From NCBI GenBank assembly GCA_963668025.2, contig CAXXTH010000017.1, positions 1,536,001 through 1,600,000 on the forward strand: a stretch of 64,000 bases of DNA. The letters are read 5' to 3'. The position numbers and the translations under genes were made by a program. Under the pieces are notes generated by a model. That model had not been told where the DNA came from. It saw nothing but the letters and a program-made list of their open reading frames with translations, and made no database searches. Positions within the stretch are counted from its first letter, which is position 1; every line of letters begins with the position of its first letter. This DNA is from Candidatus Hydrogenedentota bacterium. GTDB lineage: Bacteria > Hydrogenedentota > Hydrogenedentia > Hydrogenedentales > SLHB01. Shown in pieces: positions 1 through 8,980 of the stretch.

Positions 1-165
1 GCCTACAATGCAGGGCCCGGAAATGTGGGCAAGTGGCGGAAGGCCCAGCCCGGGCAGGAGCTCGAAAAATTCATCGAGGAAATCCCTTTTTCCGAAACGC
101 ACGGTTTTGTGTGCAAGGTGCTGGGCAATTACGCCGCATACCGGTCGTTGTACGCGGACCGTTGA
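1..165 (+). CDS. 3' end of a soluble lytic transglycosylase (SLT domain), partial
   Basis: Frame 1 translates to AYNAGPGNVGKW...FIEEIPFSETHGFVCKVLGNY...*; AYNAG and IPFxETxx(F/Y)V are SLT motifs. Not in the ORF track because the start lies outside the window. Confidence 0.85.
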   Translation, partial: AYNAGPGNVGKWRKAQPGQELEKFIEEIPFSETHGFVCKVLGNYAAYRSLYADR

Positions 166-364
166 GCAGGCTAACTCATCGGGGCGTTTGGTGTTATGAA
201 GGGCTTCATGGTATCGTATAGTGTTCGTGCGCGCTATGGCGCGTATGGAAAAATCCAGAGGCAAGTTAATCTCTTGACAGAACACGCGAAATCAGCCGTG
301 GTGTAAATAAAGCAAGAAGTGCTTAAATCATTGCGCTGGTATGAATTGCGCTCCCTGGTGTTTA

Positions 365-394
365 TTGACAGGCTCTTTTTTTCTGTGATATAAG
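365..394 (+). promoter_or_regulatory. Putative sigma70 promoter for the 622 gene
   Basis: TTGACA (365-370), 18-nt spacer, TGn-TATAAG (TG 386-387, -10 at 389-394). Confidence 0.55.
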
Positions 395-562
395 GATTGT
401 GAAGCCGTATAGTGGGTGAAGGGCGTTTTCTCAGTGGCCCTTTGAACGGTATTCGAGAGCATTTCCATGGGCTGTATGTGAGGAGTCTTGAGCGGAGTGT
501 TAAGTTTTTCCTTGAGACGCTTACACGGGAAGGACAGCATGCAGAGGGTGTATTGAACAGCG

Positions 563-600
563 CGCTCCCGGGCATTCGAGCCCAGGAGCGGTTTTTTGTT
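563..600 (+). terminator. Intrinsic-terminator-like hairpin in the leader of the 622 gene
   Basis: CGCTCC-c-GGGC attcga GCCC-a-GGAGCG followed by GTTTTTTGTT, just upstream of the GGAGG ribosome binding site. Confidence 0.5.
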
Positions 601-621
601 TTTCTTTGGAGGTGATCGACC

Positions 622-3600
622 GTGGACCGAAAAACTGGCGTTTGGAATGTAATGCAGTGGATGGCGTTGCTGGTTATGCTGGCCTTTTGCGCCCCATGGG
701 CGGCCTTCGCACAAGATGAGGAAGCGCCTGCGGCCGCGTCGCTGACCTTCGAAGATATGGTGAGCGGGCATGACACCGAGTGTCTGCTGCCGCTTAATAA
801 CTGGGTGCCGCTGTTCCGGCTTGATTTCAAGACCGAAGGCGGAACGCGGTATCTGCGCAGTATTTCGTATCATATGCTGGGTGATCAGCATCCGCTAGAC
901 CGGGCTTTTGATATTACGACAAGTTTGTTACCTGAACATATCTATGAATTTGGCTGGATTCAGGAAGGCAAAGGCGCGGGCCAAGACGGTTATGATGAGG
1001 TCGGCGATAGCGACCGATTGTTGTACGTATGGGATAACCGCGGGTATCCCTACATGGACTCCGAAATGGAAGTCGGGGAATCTGGCACCTTAGATTATAA
1101 GATTAAATTCCCCATCCCGAGTATCGTTACTCATCCTGAGCTAGATACTTCCAGTGTGGATTACGAGCCGGGCGTCATAGCAGGTGGCGGCGATAACGGC
1201 TATCGGTATTATTTGTGTGTCCGTACATCCGCGCTTTGGTACAACACGCTGTCTCTCAGTTATTACATGACTGGGGCGACCTGGACAGGTGATCCAAAAG
1301 AGTGGATGGGTGCAACGTATATTTTAGAACCTGAAACCGGTATTCCCGTGAGTGTGGGTGAAGATGGTTATACGATGGTAGACTCCATATCTCCGGGATT
1401 TCCAGATGGCGGGTTGGAGTTTTTTGAGGATCCGTTGAATCTGCCGGACGGCGGTGGAGCGGGGTATGCCTCTAGTTTTGCCGTCTACGATATCACCGGC
1501 GGGTTGAATGAAACTCAGTCCGCTGTTCAGACAAATTCGTGGATTCATCCCAATAAATTGTATACGCCATTGGCGGAGTATACCCGTCCTCGCTGGGATA
1601 AAAGCCTTACCGCAACAGATTTTGTCACCGGGGAATGGCTTCAGTTGCGAAAAGTGTTCAGCGTGGAATCATGGCGGTCTGTTCTTGGCTTGGATCTCCA
1701 TAATACTACTACAACCGCACGCGAGATTGTGCCTCGAAGTAAATTGGTTGATGGCCTGCCCGTGGATGCTCCCGAAGCGGTAGGGAGAATTCAATACATT
1801 ACTGGTGGTGAGGATGAGGTGCCTCTTACTGCTAGTTCTGTTTATCTGTATAATGTGGATGGCGCGTATCCTAAAGAAATCAATCTGGTCATGACAGATG
1901 AGGGCGCGGATCCCCTCGGCTTGCCAGGAAACGGCGGATTAGATCCCACTGAGGGATTGGATAACATTCTTTATAATGTCGCCACGCCTGGAGGAAACGT
2001 TGATGTGACCAAGGCGTATGGAAAAGACTCCGGATTTAACGGGGTTTGGTTATGGCGCGATTCTAACAATAACTTTCTTTTTGATCCTCCGATCCCCTCT
2101 GCTGCAGCGGGGGGAACTTTCAATGGAGACTATCCGTCGATGCCAGGAACTCTTGGCATAGATGATGATCTAAACCATCTATTTTATATGCCGCCTCAAA
2201 CGGATTTATGGTGGCAGTATGTCGCCTATCCTCCAGGAGGAGGCGCTCCATGGTGGCGTATTAAATTGGTGTTTGAAAATAACCGCGAAAGCGGTGGCGG
2301 CCGCATGGAGCCTATCACTGATGGCGACCATAATTTGGTGCCAAATGCCCTCTTCGCGGATTATTTCATCGTAGTCCGTGGTGATAGTGGCTATATGGAT
2401 TCTTCCAGTGTTCCTGCCGATGGCGTGGGTATGACGCCAGGCGCGGATACTAAAGTATTTATCGAGCCAAGATGGACGACAACGGCTGATGATGCGGAGA
2501 ATGTCCCGGATGGCCAGCGCGACTTAGGAGGAATGCTGGTTACCTCGCAGATACCAGCGCAAGATTATGTGTATTGGTCTGAGCATCCTTCATTGGATCC
2601 AACTTATAAATATGATGAGACAGATAACAGCCGTGTGAAGTGGATAGGCGAGCCATGGTGGCCGGAACGCACGCATGGAAAAGAGAATGTCAAGCCGATC
2701 TCCTTCAATATTGATGTGCATGATTTGACTATGACATTTGAATCAAATAGTACATACAGCACATCGAGCGGAGTTCAGATTGGCACCAGGTATGACCCGA
2801 TTTCGGATGTTGATTATATTGGCGGAGAAGGATTCGGTGTCCCGGACTTTATAACATCCGATACTTATGCGGAAAACAGGATTTATTTTACCTCATGGTT
2901 CTCCAAGTGGTTTGATCCTTTCGCCGCAAAGGCATTTAAGTTTTATTATCCTTATGCCCTCGGAGTCGATTCGTGGAGGTTTGATTATGTTGGTCCGGAT
3001 GATTCAGAGAATGGCGCATTCCAATTGCCGTTTGAAACGGTTCCGTTCCTGAATCCCTTGGATCTGCTTGCGGGCCAGCGTCGTTCTAGTTGGTATCCTG
3101 CTCCGCCCGCGCAGCCATCTGTTCCGTTGTATCAGACATGGCCGCTTGGAAATTATTATGATGTGAATCCTTCCCAGAGTGTTTTGGATCCGGATCAGTA
3201 TCCTCGATTTACGGATTGGTACGGGTTTGATCGCTCGACGCGCTTGCTGGAGCAGCATGTCGAGTCGGACAGCGAGCCGACGGCGATGCTTGGGCTTAAT
3301 CTAGCGGGCGCCAATGACCCGGTGACGCTTCAATATGCCGTGCCTAAATTAGAACAAATCACGATTGCCCTCTGGGGCCCGGATATGGATGGCGATGGCG
3401 AAAGTGATTTCACCCCGAGCGATCTAGAATCCCTCGTTTCCAATGGGCTTTCCTCTGCCTCAGGCGTTGCGTTGTATGAGGATACGGATGGCACGGGCAC
3501 CTTTACCGATTTAGATTCCCTTGTGCAGCTTAATGGCCTTTCCTGGTCGGCGGCGCCGGAATATGTGGACGCGGATGGCGATCAAGTATCGGATGATCTG

Positions 3601-6135
3601 ACCAAAGACGGTGTTTTGGATGATTTGGATAAGGCTTGGGTGCTTCGTCTGCGCCTCTATCGCACGTGGACGCTGCCGCTAGAAGACGCCAACAACGATC
3701 CCACGTATGGGACAGCCACTTCAACCACTACCTCGGCCAAATCGCGGACGGCTTCCGAGGATTCCTCAGATGGTTTGCCGGTAAACGCGCAAATAGTAGG
3801 GGAAGTGGAATCTCCCGATTCCGCCAAGCCCGTGCAGACCTTGGATCTGAAAGATAATAACACCAAGGCGATTACACCAGATGTGTTAGCGGGAAATTCG
3901 GGCGACGATCTGTTCATGGTGGTGACGACATCGGATTCTATTACCCGTTTCGATCAGTTTAAGATGATCATTCCGGCGACACTGCCGGAACGGCCTTCTT
4001 ATGATGCCGAGGGCGGAATTCAGTTTTCACCAGGCGCTGTTCCCGCTCTTTCATCGTATGCCCCCACCCATCCGGAAGAAGTGGCGACTTCCAGGCAGGG
4101 TTTCTATGAGTATAGTTTGCTCAAGACAAATGTCCCGGCCAAGGTGTCGCCTCTTACCCTTTCCGATCAAACCCTCACGAATGACGGCGAGCCGCTGGCC
4201 GTGCTGGGCGTTGATTTGTCCACCAACCGGGGTTCGAGCGCCATTTTGGCGAAAGGTTCGCAGGGTGTAGGTTCCGTGGGCGCTTTTGATGTGGCGACGG
4301 TGTCTTGGACGCAGGATGCATTCGCGGGCAAGTGGCTGGTGGATTCCGGGTACAAATCGTATCAAATCACGGGCAACTCCGCGCAGCAGTTGGCCTTGCT
4401 TTCGGGCGAACCAGCTTCCGGCGCGTGGTATATCGTGAAAGAGCCGACGTTCTTCGAGCAGCTTATTGTCGAGCTCTATGACCAAAATACGACAACAGGC
4501 CCCGCTTTCAACATTGATCGCAGCCTCCTTCCGCTGCAACTTGATCAGACGCAGAGCGGTATGGCGTTGTACCGCGATAATGATAATGACCCTGAGAACC
4601 AGAATGGCGTGTTTGATCCGGATATTGACATTCCTGTTGAGCTCGATTATACGCCGTACCTAATTGGCCAAGGCAATGCGGGTGAGCCTGGCGTTCAGGT
4701 GATGTTTGTCTTCTCATCTCCAGGTACGGATAATTGGGGCGTGAAGGATGGCGCGGCGCAAACGTATCCGCTGGCCGACCAGCCCACTCGCAGGCAGATT
4801 GTTCCGGAAACATTTGGAACAGTGTCCAGTGATCCAGATGCAGGGGACGATTTCTTCGTGGTCCTGCGCGGAGCGTCTTACTCGGATGCCGTAGGCTCGA
4901 GTTTCGCTGCCGCGATTGTTGGAATGGGACCGAGTACGCCGACCTTGCCGGATCCGGATACCTTCCCGCCGCCTTCCTTGAGCCAATCGAACGAGTTCGA
5001 CCGGTTCGATGAATTCCCGTGGGGATATCGCGCACTAGGATTCATCAGCTTCTTCGAGAACATTCGGAGCTATGATACGGAAGACTATAACCCGTACTCC
5101 TGGGTGCGCTCTCGTAGCAATAAATCCGTGGAGACAGGCGCTATTACGGTTGCGCGCGCCACGGCCAAACCGGTGACCATTACCTCCGTGTCGCCTTCCA
5201 CCATAACTTCCCCGATCCAAGACGCCGGCGTTGAGTTGACCATTATCGGCACGAACTTCGGCACAGCGCCGTATGTGCTGTTGAACGCAACGGCGCTGAC
5301 CGTATCGGAATCCTCCGATACGGAAATTACGGCGACTATTCCGGGCAACTCGACCTTGTCGGCTCCGTTGGTGCTGACGGTGACCAATACCGTGACTGGT
5401 GTAGCGGGGTCGTATGATGATCTCACTTTGATCGTGTCGGGTGATGGGGATGGAGACGGCGACGGAGACGGCGATGGCGATGGCGACGGGGATGGAGATG
5501 GCGACGGAGATGGAGATGGCGACGGAGATGGGGACGGCGATGGGGATACCGATGAAATCCCGGCCATCTTCCAAGTGACCCCCAGTTCGGGCACATCGAG
5601 TGTGTTCCCGGTGTCGATTCTCGGCGCACGGTTCGCGGAGCCGACCGTCTATTTTGGCACGACTCTGATGCCGGTCAGTTCGTGGACCACGACCAAAATC
5701 GTGGTCGCTTTCCCGCTGGCAGGATTGCCCACCACTGGCACCCTGGACGTGAAAGTGATAAACAGCGCGACTACTAAGAGTGCTACGCTAACGGGTGGAT
5801 TCACTTATGTGAATAATCCCGGCACAGTCAGCCCATGCTTCATCGCCACGGCGGCGTACGGCACACCCTTCACGAAGCATTTGGACACCTTCCGCGGTTT
5901 CCGCGATAACGTATTGCTGAAGAATGAGCTGGGTGCGGCGTTCGTGGAATGGTATTATACGGCAAGCCCAGGCGTAGCGGATGCCGTGGCGGAGCGGCCG
6001 GTATTGGGCTGGGCAGTACGGGCCTTGCTAACGCCAGTGGCGTGGCTGCTCGAGTGGCCGATGCTGGCAGGGCTGGTGTTTGCGCCGATGGCCATGGGGT
6101 TATGGCTCCGGAAGCGGGCGAAGTCCATTCAATAG
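622..6135 (+). CDS. Large acidic exported surface protein (1837 aa): repeated unnamed domains, two IPT/TIG domains, (GD)18 linker, C-terminal CFI-box-CTERM
   Basis: Signal peptide ending AFA-Q; IPT-like ITSVSP..GTNFG and PAIFQVTP..G.RF..FTY; C-terminal CFIATAAYG...FRDxxL...G..FVxWYYxxSP, then a TM helix and RKR tail; GGAGG RBS. Confidence 0.85.
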   Translation: MDRKTGVWNVMQWMALLVMLAFCAPWAAFAQDEEAPAAASLTFEDMVSGHDTECLLPLNNWVPLFRLDFKTEGGTRYLRSISYHMLGDQHPLDRAFDITTSLLPEHIYEFGWIQEGKGAGQDGYDEVGDSDRLLYVWDNRGYPYMDSEMEVGESGTLDYKIKFPIPSIVTHPELDTSSVDYEPGVIAGGGDNGYRYYLCVRTSALWYNTLSLSYYMTGATWTGDPKEWMGATYILEPETGIPVSVGEDGYTMVDSISPGFPDGGLEFFEDPLNLPDGGGAGYASSFAVYDITGGLNETQSAVQTNSWIHPNKLYTPLAEYTRPRWDKSLTATDFVTGEWLQLRKVFSVESWRSVLGLDLHNTTTTAREIVPRSKLVDGLPVDAPEAVGRIQYITGGEDEVPLTASSVYLYNVDGAYPKEINLVMTDEGADPLGLPGNGGLDPTEGLDNILYNVATPGGNVDVTKAYGKDSGFNGVWLWRDSNNNFLFDPPIPSAAAGGTFNGDYPSMPGTLGIDDDLNHLFYMPPQTDLWWQYVAYPPGGGAPWWRIKLVFENNRESGGGRMEPITDGDHNLVPNALFADYFIVVRGDSGYMDSSSVPADGVGMTPGADTKVFIEPRWTTTADDAENVPDGQRDLGGMLVTSQIPAQDYVYWSEHPSLDPTYKYDETDNSRVKWIGEPWWPERTHGKENVKPISFNIDVHDLTMTFESNSTYSTSSGVQIGTRYDPISDVDYIGGEGFGVPDFITSDTYAENRIYFTSWFSKWFDPFAAKAFKFYYPYALGVDSWRFDYVGPDDSENGAFQLPFETVPFLNPLDLLAGQRRSSWYPAPPAQPSVPLYQTWPLGNYYDVNPSQSVLDPDQYPRFTDWYGFDRSTRLLEQHVESDSEPTAMLGLNLAGANDPVTLQYAVPKLEQITIALWGPDMDGDGESDFTPSDLESLVSNGLSSASGVALYEDTDGTGTFTDLDSLVQLNGLSWSAAPEYVDADGDQVSDDLTKDGVLDDLDKAWVLRLRLYRTWTLPLEDANNDPTYGTATSTTTSAKSRTASEDSSDGLPVNAQIVGEVESPDSAKPVQTLDLKDNNTKAITPDVLAGNSGDDLFMVVTTSDSITRFDQFKMIIPATLPERPSYDAEGGIQFSPGAVPALSSYAPTHPEEVATSRQGFYEYSLLKTNVPAKVSPLTLSDQTLTNDGEPLAVLGVDLSTNRGSSAILAKGSQGVGSVGAFDVATVSWTQDAFAGKWLVDSGYKSYQITGNSAQQLALLSGEPASGAWYIVKEPTFFEQLIVELYDQNTTTGPAFNIDRSLLPLQLDQTQSGMALYRDNDNDPENQNGVFDPDIDIPVELDYTPYLIGQGNAGEPGVQVMFVFSSPGTDNWGVKDGAAQTYPLADQPTRRQIVPETFGTVSSDPDAGDDFFVVLRGASYSDAVGSSFAAAIVGMGPSTPTLPDPDTFPPPSLSQSNEFDRFDEFPWGYRALGFISFFENIRSYDTEDYNPYSWVRSRSNKSVETGAITVARATAKPVTITSVSPSTITSPIQDAGVELTIIGTNFGTAPYVLLNATALTVSESSDTEITATIPGNSTLSAPLVLTVTNTVTGVAGSYDDLTLIVSGDGDGDGDGDGDGDGDGDGDGDGDGDGDGDGDGDGDTDEIPAIFQVTPSSGTSSVFPVSILGARFAEPTVYFGTTLMPVSSWTTTKIVVAFPLAGLPTTGTLDVKVINSATTKSATLTGGFTYVNNPGTVSPCFIATAAYGTPFTKHLDTFRGFRDNVLLKNELGAAFVEWYYTASPGVADAVAERPVLGWAVRALLTPVAWLLEWPMLAGLVFAPMAMGLWLRKRAKSIQ
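5440..5547 (+). repeat. (Gly-Asp)18 coding repeat
   Basis: GGN-GAY hexamers with mixed synonymous codons, between the two IPT domains. Confidence 0.95.
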
Positions 6136-6229
6136 AGGGATATGCGTTAGGCGGTTCGATCTAGCGGATGCGGATACCGGGGGGCTGCGCACGGCGCGGC
6201 CCTCTAGGATACGATGAAGGAGTGGATAC

Positions 6230-8632
6230 GTGAGGATGCATCTCAAACAGCTTGCGCCAGCGTTGTTGCTGATCGCGGCGATATGTGTAGCGCCGGGCGC
6301 TTACGCCTTTTTCCCGCTGGGCAGCTTCGTGGGGTATGAATTCGTTAAAGTGGGCTGGCCGCTGGATTATATGGACAGAAATGGCGACGGGGACGTGAGC
6401 GGCGCTAACGAAGGCGTGCCCATCACCATCGAAGGCGGCGATTGGGGATTTTCCTCCACCCAACAAGCGTTGATACAGTCCGGATTTGAAACTTGGAATG
6501 AAGTATCTTCATCGTATCTGAAGTTTTATTTTACGGATGAAGTGCAAAGCCCGGATCACGTCTCGAATCCCAATGAGCCACTCACATTTAATGAAGCGGA
6601 TATCGCGAATATCGATGGTTTCAATTATGTCGGCTGTGTAAACCGCGACCAAGATATTTTGGATGATGATGTGTTGTGCTACACATGGATGGTTTATATT
6701 ATTGAAGACACTGTTGTTGAGTATAACGGCCAGCAAGTTCTTGTTTCAGGCCCGGCCATTCTTGATGTGGACACGGCGATTGTTGGCGCGGAAACACAAA
6801 ACTCTGATGAGATCGGCGGCTCAATTCGTATGCCTCTGCGTTCTCTAGCCACGCGTTTCGCGGGGCTTACTTTAGGGCTGAATACAAGCCCGCTGCATAA
6901 TACTACATCGTATTATTTGGTTGTGGATGCGGAAGACGAGGATACCTTTTACCGTATTGATGCGGAAGAGCGTGTTGTGGCTCAGCGGAACTCCGCTGGC
7001 GAGATCAACATGGTGGGCGTAACATCCACTATGACCCCGGAGCTCTATCTTTATGAAGCCGGTGACGATGATATTATCCGATGCACGTGGGAAGATCTGG
7101 CTCCGGATGACATGGCTGGGATGACGTTTTTATATCCTCGTGAAGACCAGACCAATCTTTTTACATTTGATCATCAAGCTTGGTATGACACGACAGTGGG
7201 ATATCCTTCGGAGCCTATTAGCGGCGGATATGTCAGGCTTTGGTGCGACACCGATAATGATTCTTCGACGGCCCGAGTGCCTATGTATGACACATACACG
7301 GCATTGTATGAGAGCATGGAGCAGCCCATAGCAACAGGAAAGTTCCAGCTTCCATGCATATATAAGCTTCTGGAGACCGCTGACGCTGAGGCCTTTAATG
7401 CAACCTATACCGTTACTCTGCAAAAGAACACGGTAAAAACTCTCTATATGACTGATTTGGATAAATATGATGATTACTCTATGAGCGCTAACGACTCTAC
7501 GCATGGTGGCGAGATGAATTTCTCTGCTGCCACAAAAGCATATCCCGATCAAACCTTCCTGGAAGGCGGCACCAATATTTACGATGTAAATACTCCCGAC
7601 AATGGTACGCCACTTACGTACGATCCCTACCGCTCGAAGATCGTGAGCGTGGACAGCGACAAGACGCTGGCTCAACTGCTTCCGGGAACCATGCCCATGT
7701 TTGGCAATAGCACCAGCGAGGTGGTGTGCCCGTTGAACATGGTGGTGGGTTCGTTGAAGAGCGCGCAGCTTCCGGGCAGCCTGCGCCATTTCCGGGATGA
7801 CGTGCTGTTGCAATCGGCGGCGGGTTCCGCGCTGGTGGACCTCTATTATAATTGGGCTCCGGGCGCGGCGGCGTATTTGCTGCGCAACGAGTCGGCCATG
7901 GCCGTGGCGGGCCGGGCGGCGCGGTGCGTGGAATGGTCCATGGAGCATCGCCAAGCGGTGACAAGTGCGGGGTGCGTGGCGCTGCTGGCCATGCTGGGTT
8001 CTTGGATGGCGTTGCGGAAACGGGCGCGGACTGCGTTGTTTCTGGCGCTGGGCGCGGCGTTGCTGGCCGTGACCCCGTCGGCCTATGCGCAGACCTCTAC
8101 TCCGATGACGCTGGACCGCCTGGTTCTGCGCGCGGATGATATCGTAGCGGGCCAAGTGACTTCCGTGGAATGTCGCTGGGAAAATAAAACCCAGATTGTC
8201 ACGGACATTACCGTGCAACTGTCTGAGCGCCTGAAAGGAGATTTGAACCGTGATGCGGAGATTCATTTCACCCAATTAGGGGGGCGCATGGGAAGCATCG
8301 TCGCCGAATCCTCCGCGCTGCCGGGCTGGAAATCGGGTGAAGAAGTCTTGTTGTTCCTGAAGGAAAACGACCGTTTCGGTTTTTCCCTCGTAGCGGGCCG
8401 GTATGGCAAATGCCCGGTGGTTGTGGATTCCACAACGGGTGCAAAGAGCGTATCGGGCCGACATTTAATGCGTTCCGGCACGCCCAAATCGCTAAAAATG
8501 ACGAATACCCAGGTGCAAGCGGTGCAGGCATCTGAAACCGAAGGAGCACAGGCGGACGCCATTGCTCTCGATACTTTAAAAGAAAAAGTGCAAGTGATCA
8601 TGCAGCGAGAGGCGCAAAAAGCGGAAGCGTAA
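6230..8632 (+). CDS. Exported matrixin (M10)-like protein lacking zinc ligands, with an internal degenerate CFI-box-CTERM and an extra C-terminal domain
   Basis: Signal peptide AYA-F; GFETWNEV; LATRFAGLTLGLNTS aligns to HExGHxLGLxHS; STMTP Met-turn; LAPDDMAG..LYP; then CPL...LRHFRDDVL...G..LVDLYYxWAP, TM, RKR, second hydrophobic segment ending AYA-Q. Confidence 0.7.
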   Translation: MRMHLKQLAPALLLIAAICVAPGAYAFFPLGSFVGYEFVKVGWPLDYMDRNGDGDVSGANEGVPITIEGGDWGFSSTQQALIQSGFETWNEVSSSYLKFYFTDEVQSPDHVSNPNEPLTFNEADIANIDGFNYVGCVNRDQDILDDDVLCYTWMVYIIEDTVVEYNGQQVLVSGPAILDVDTAIVGAETQNSDEIGGSIRMPLRSLATRFAGLTLGLNTSPLHNTTSYYLVVDAEDEDTFYRIDAEERVVAQRNSAGEINMVGVTSTMTPELYLYEAGDDDIIRCTWEDLAPDDMAGMTFLYPREDQTNLFTFDHQAWYDTTVGYPSEPISGGYVRLWCDTDNDSSTARVPMYDTYTALYESMEQPIATGKFQLPCIYKLLETADAEAFNATYTVTLQKNTVKTLYMTDLDKYDDYSMSANDSTHGGEMNFSAATKAYPDQTFLEGGTNIYDVNTPDNGTPLTYDPYRSKIVSVDSDKTLAQLLPGTMPMFGNSTSEVVCPLNMVVGSLKSAQLPGSLRHFRDDVLLQSAAGSALVDLYYNWAPGAAAYLLRNESAMAVAGRAARCVEWSMEHRQAVTSAGCVALLAMLGSWMALRKRARTALFLALGAALLAVTPSAYAQTSTPMTLDRLVLRADDIVAGQVTSVECRWENKTQIVTDITVQLSERLKGDLNRDAEIHFTQLGGRMGSIVAESSALPGWKSGEEVLLFLKENDRFGFSLVAGRYGKCPVVVDSTTGAKSVSGRHLMRSGTPKSLKMTNTQVQAVQASETEGAQADAIALDTLKEKVQVIMQREAQKAEA

Positions 8633-8668
8633 CGGAACCTTTTTCTTGAATGCGTGTTGAACACACCT

Positions 8669-8696
8669 GGGGGGATTATTCCCCCCTTTTTTTTTT
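8669..8696 (+). terminator. Intrinsic terminator after the two CFI-box genes
   Basis: GGGGGGA-ttat-TCCCCCC hairpin followed by T10. Confidence 0.8.
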
Positions 8697-8980
8697 GATT
8701 AGGATATGCGCGAATGGGCTTCGGGGCCAGATATTTTTTATCGCATATTGCAACGTTTTGAGGGAAAGGATACACTGAGTGAAGTGAGACAGACTATGCC
8801 TGCTTGAAGGCCAATGGCGCGCTTTAGGGCATAGCCGCTTGTCAACCCGGTGCGTCTAGAAGCCGTTATTTTTCATGGCGAGTGCCGTTTGGGTTGAGTT
8901 AAATCTGTTTTCGCGGAGCGGGCAAGCGCTGGTGCGCCACGCATGCGAAGCTGCGGGATTACACGTGATGAGGGAAACAT

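Noticed and set aside
5085-5594. Minus-strand ORF with an (SP)n repeat
   Set aside because: It is the reverse complement of the (GD)18 linker.
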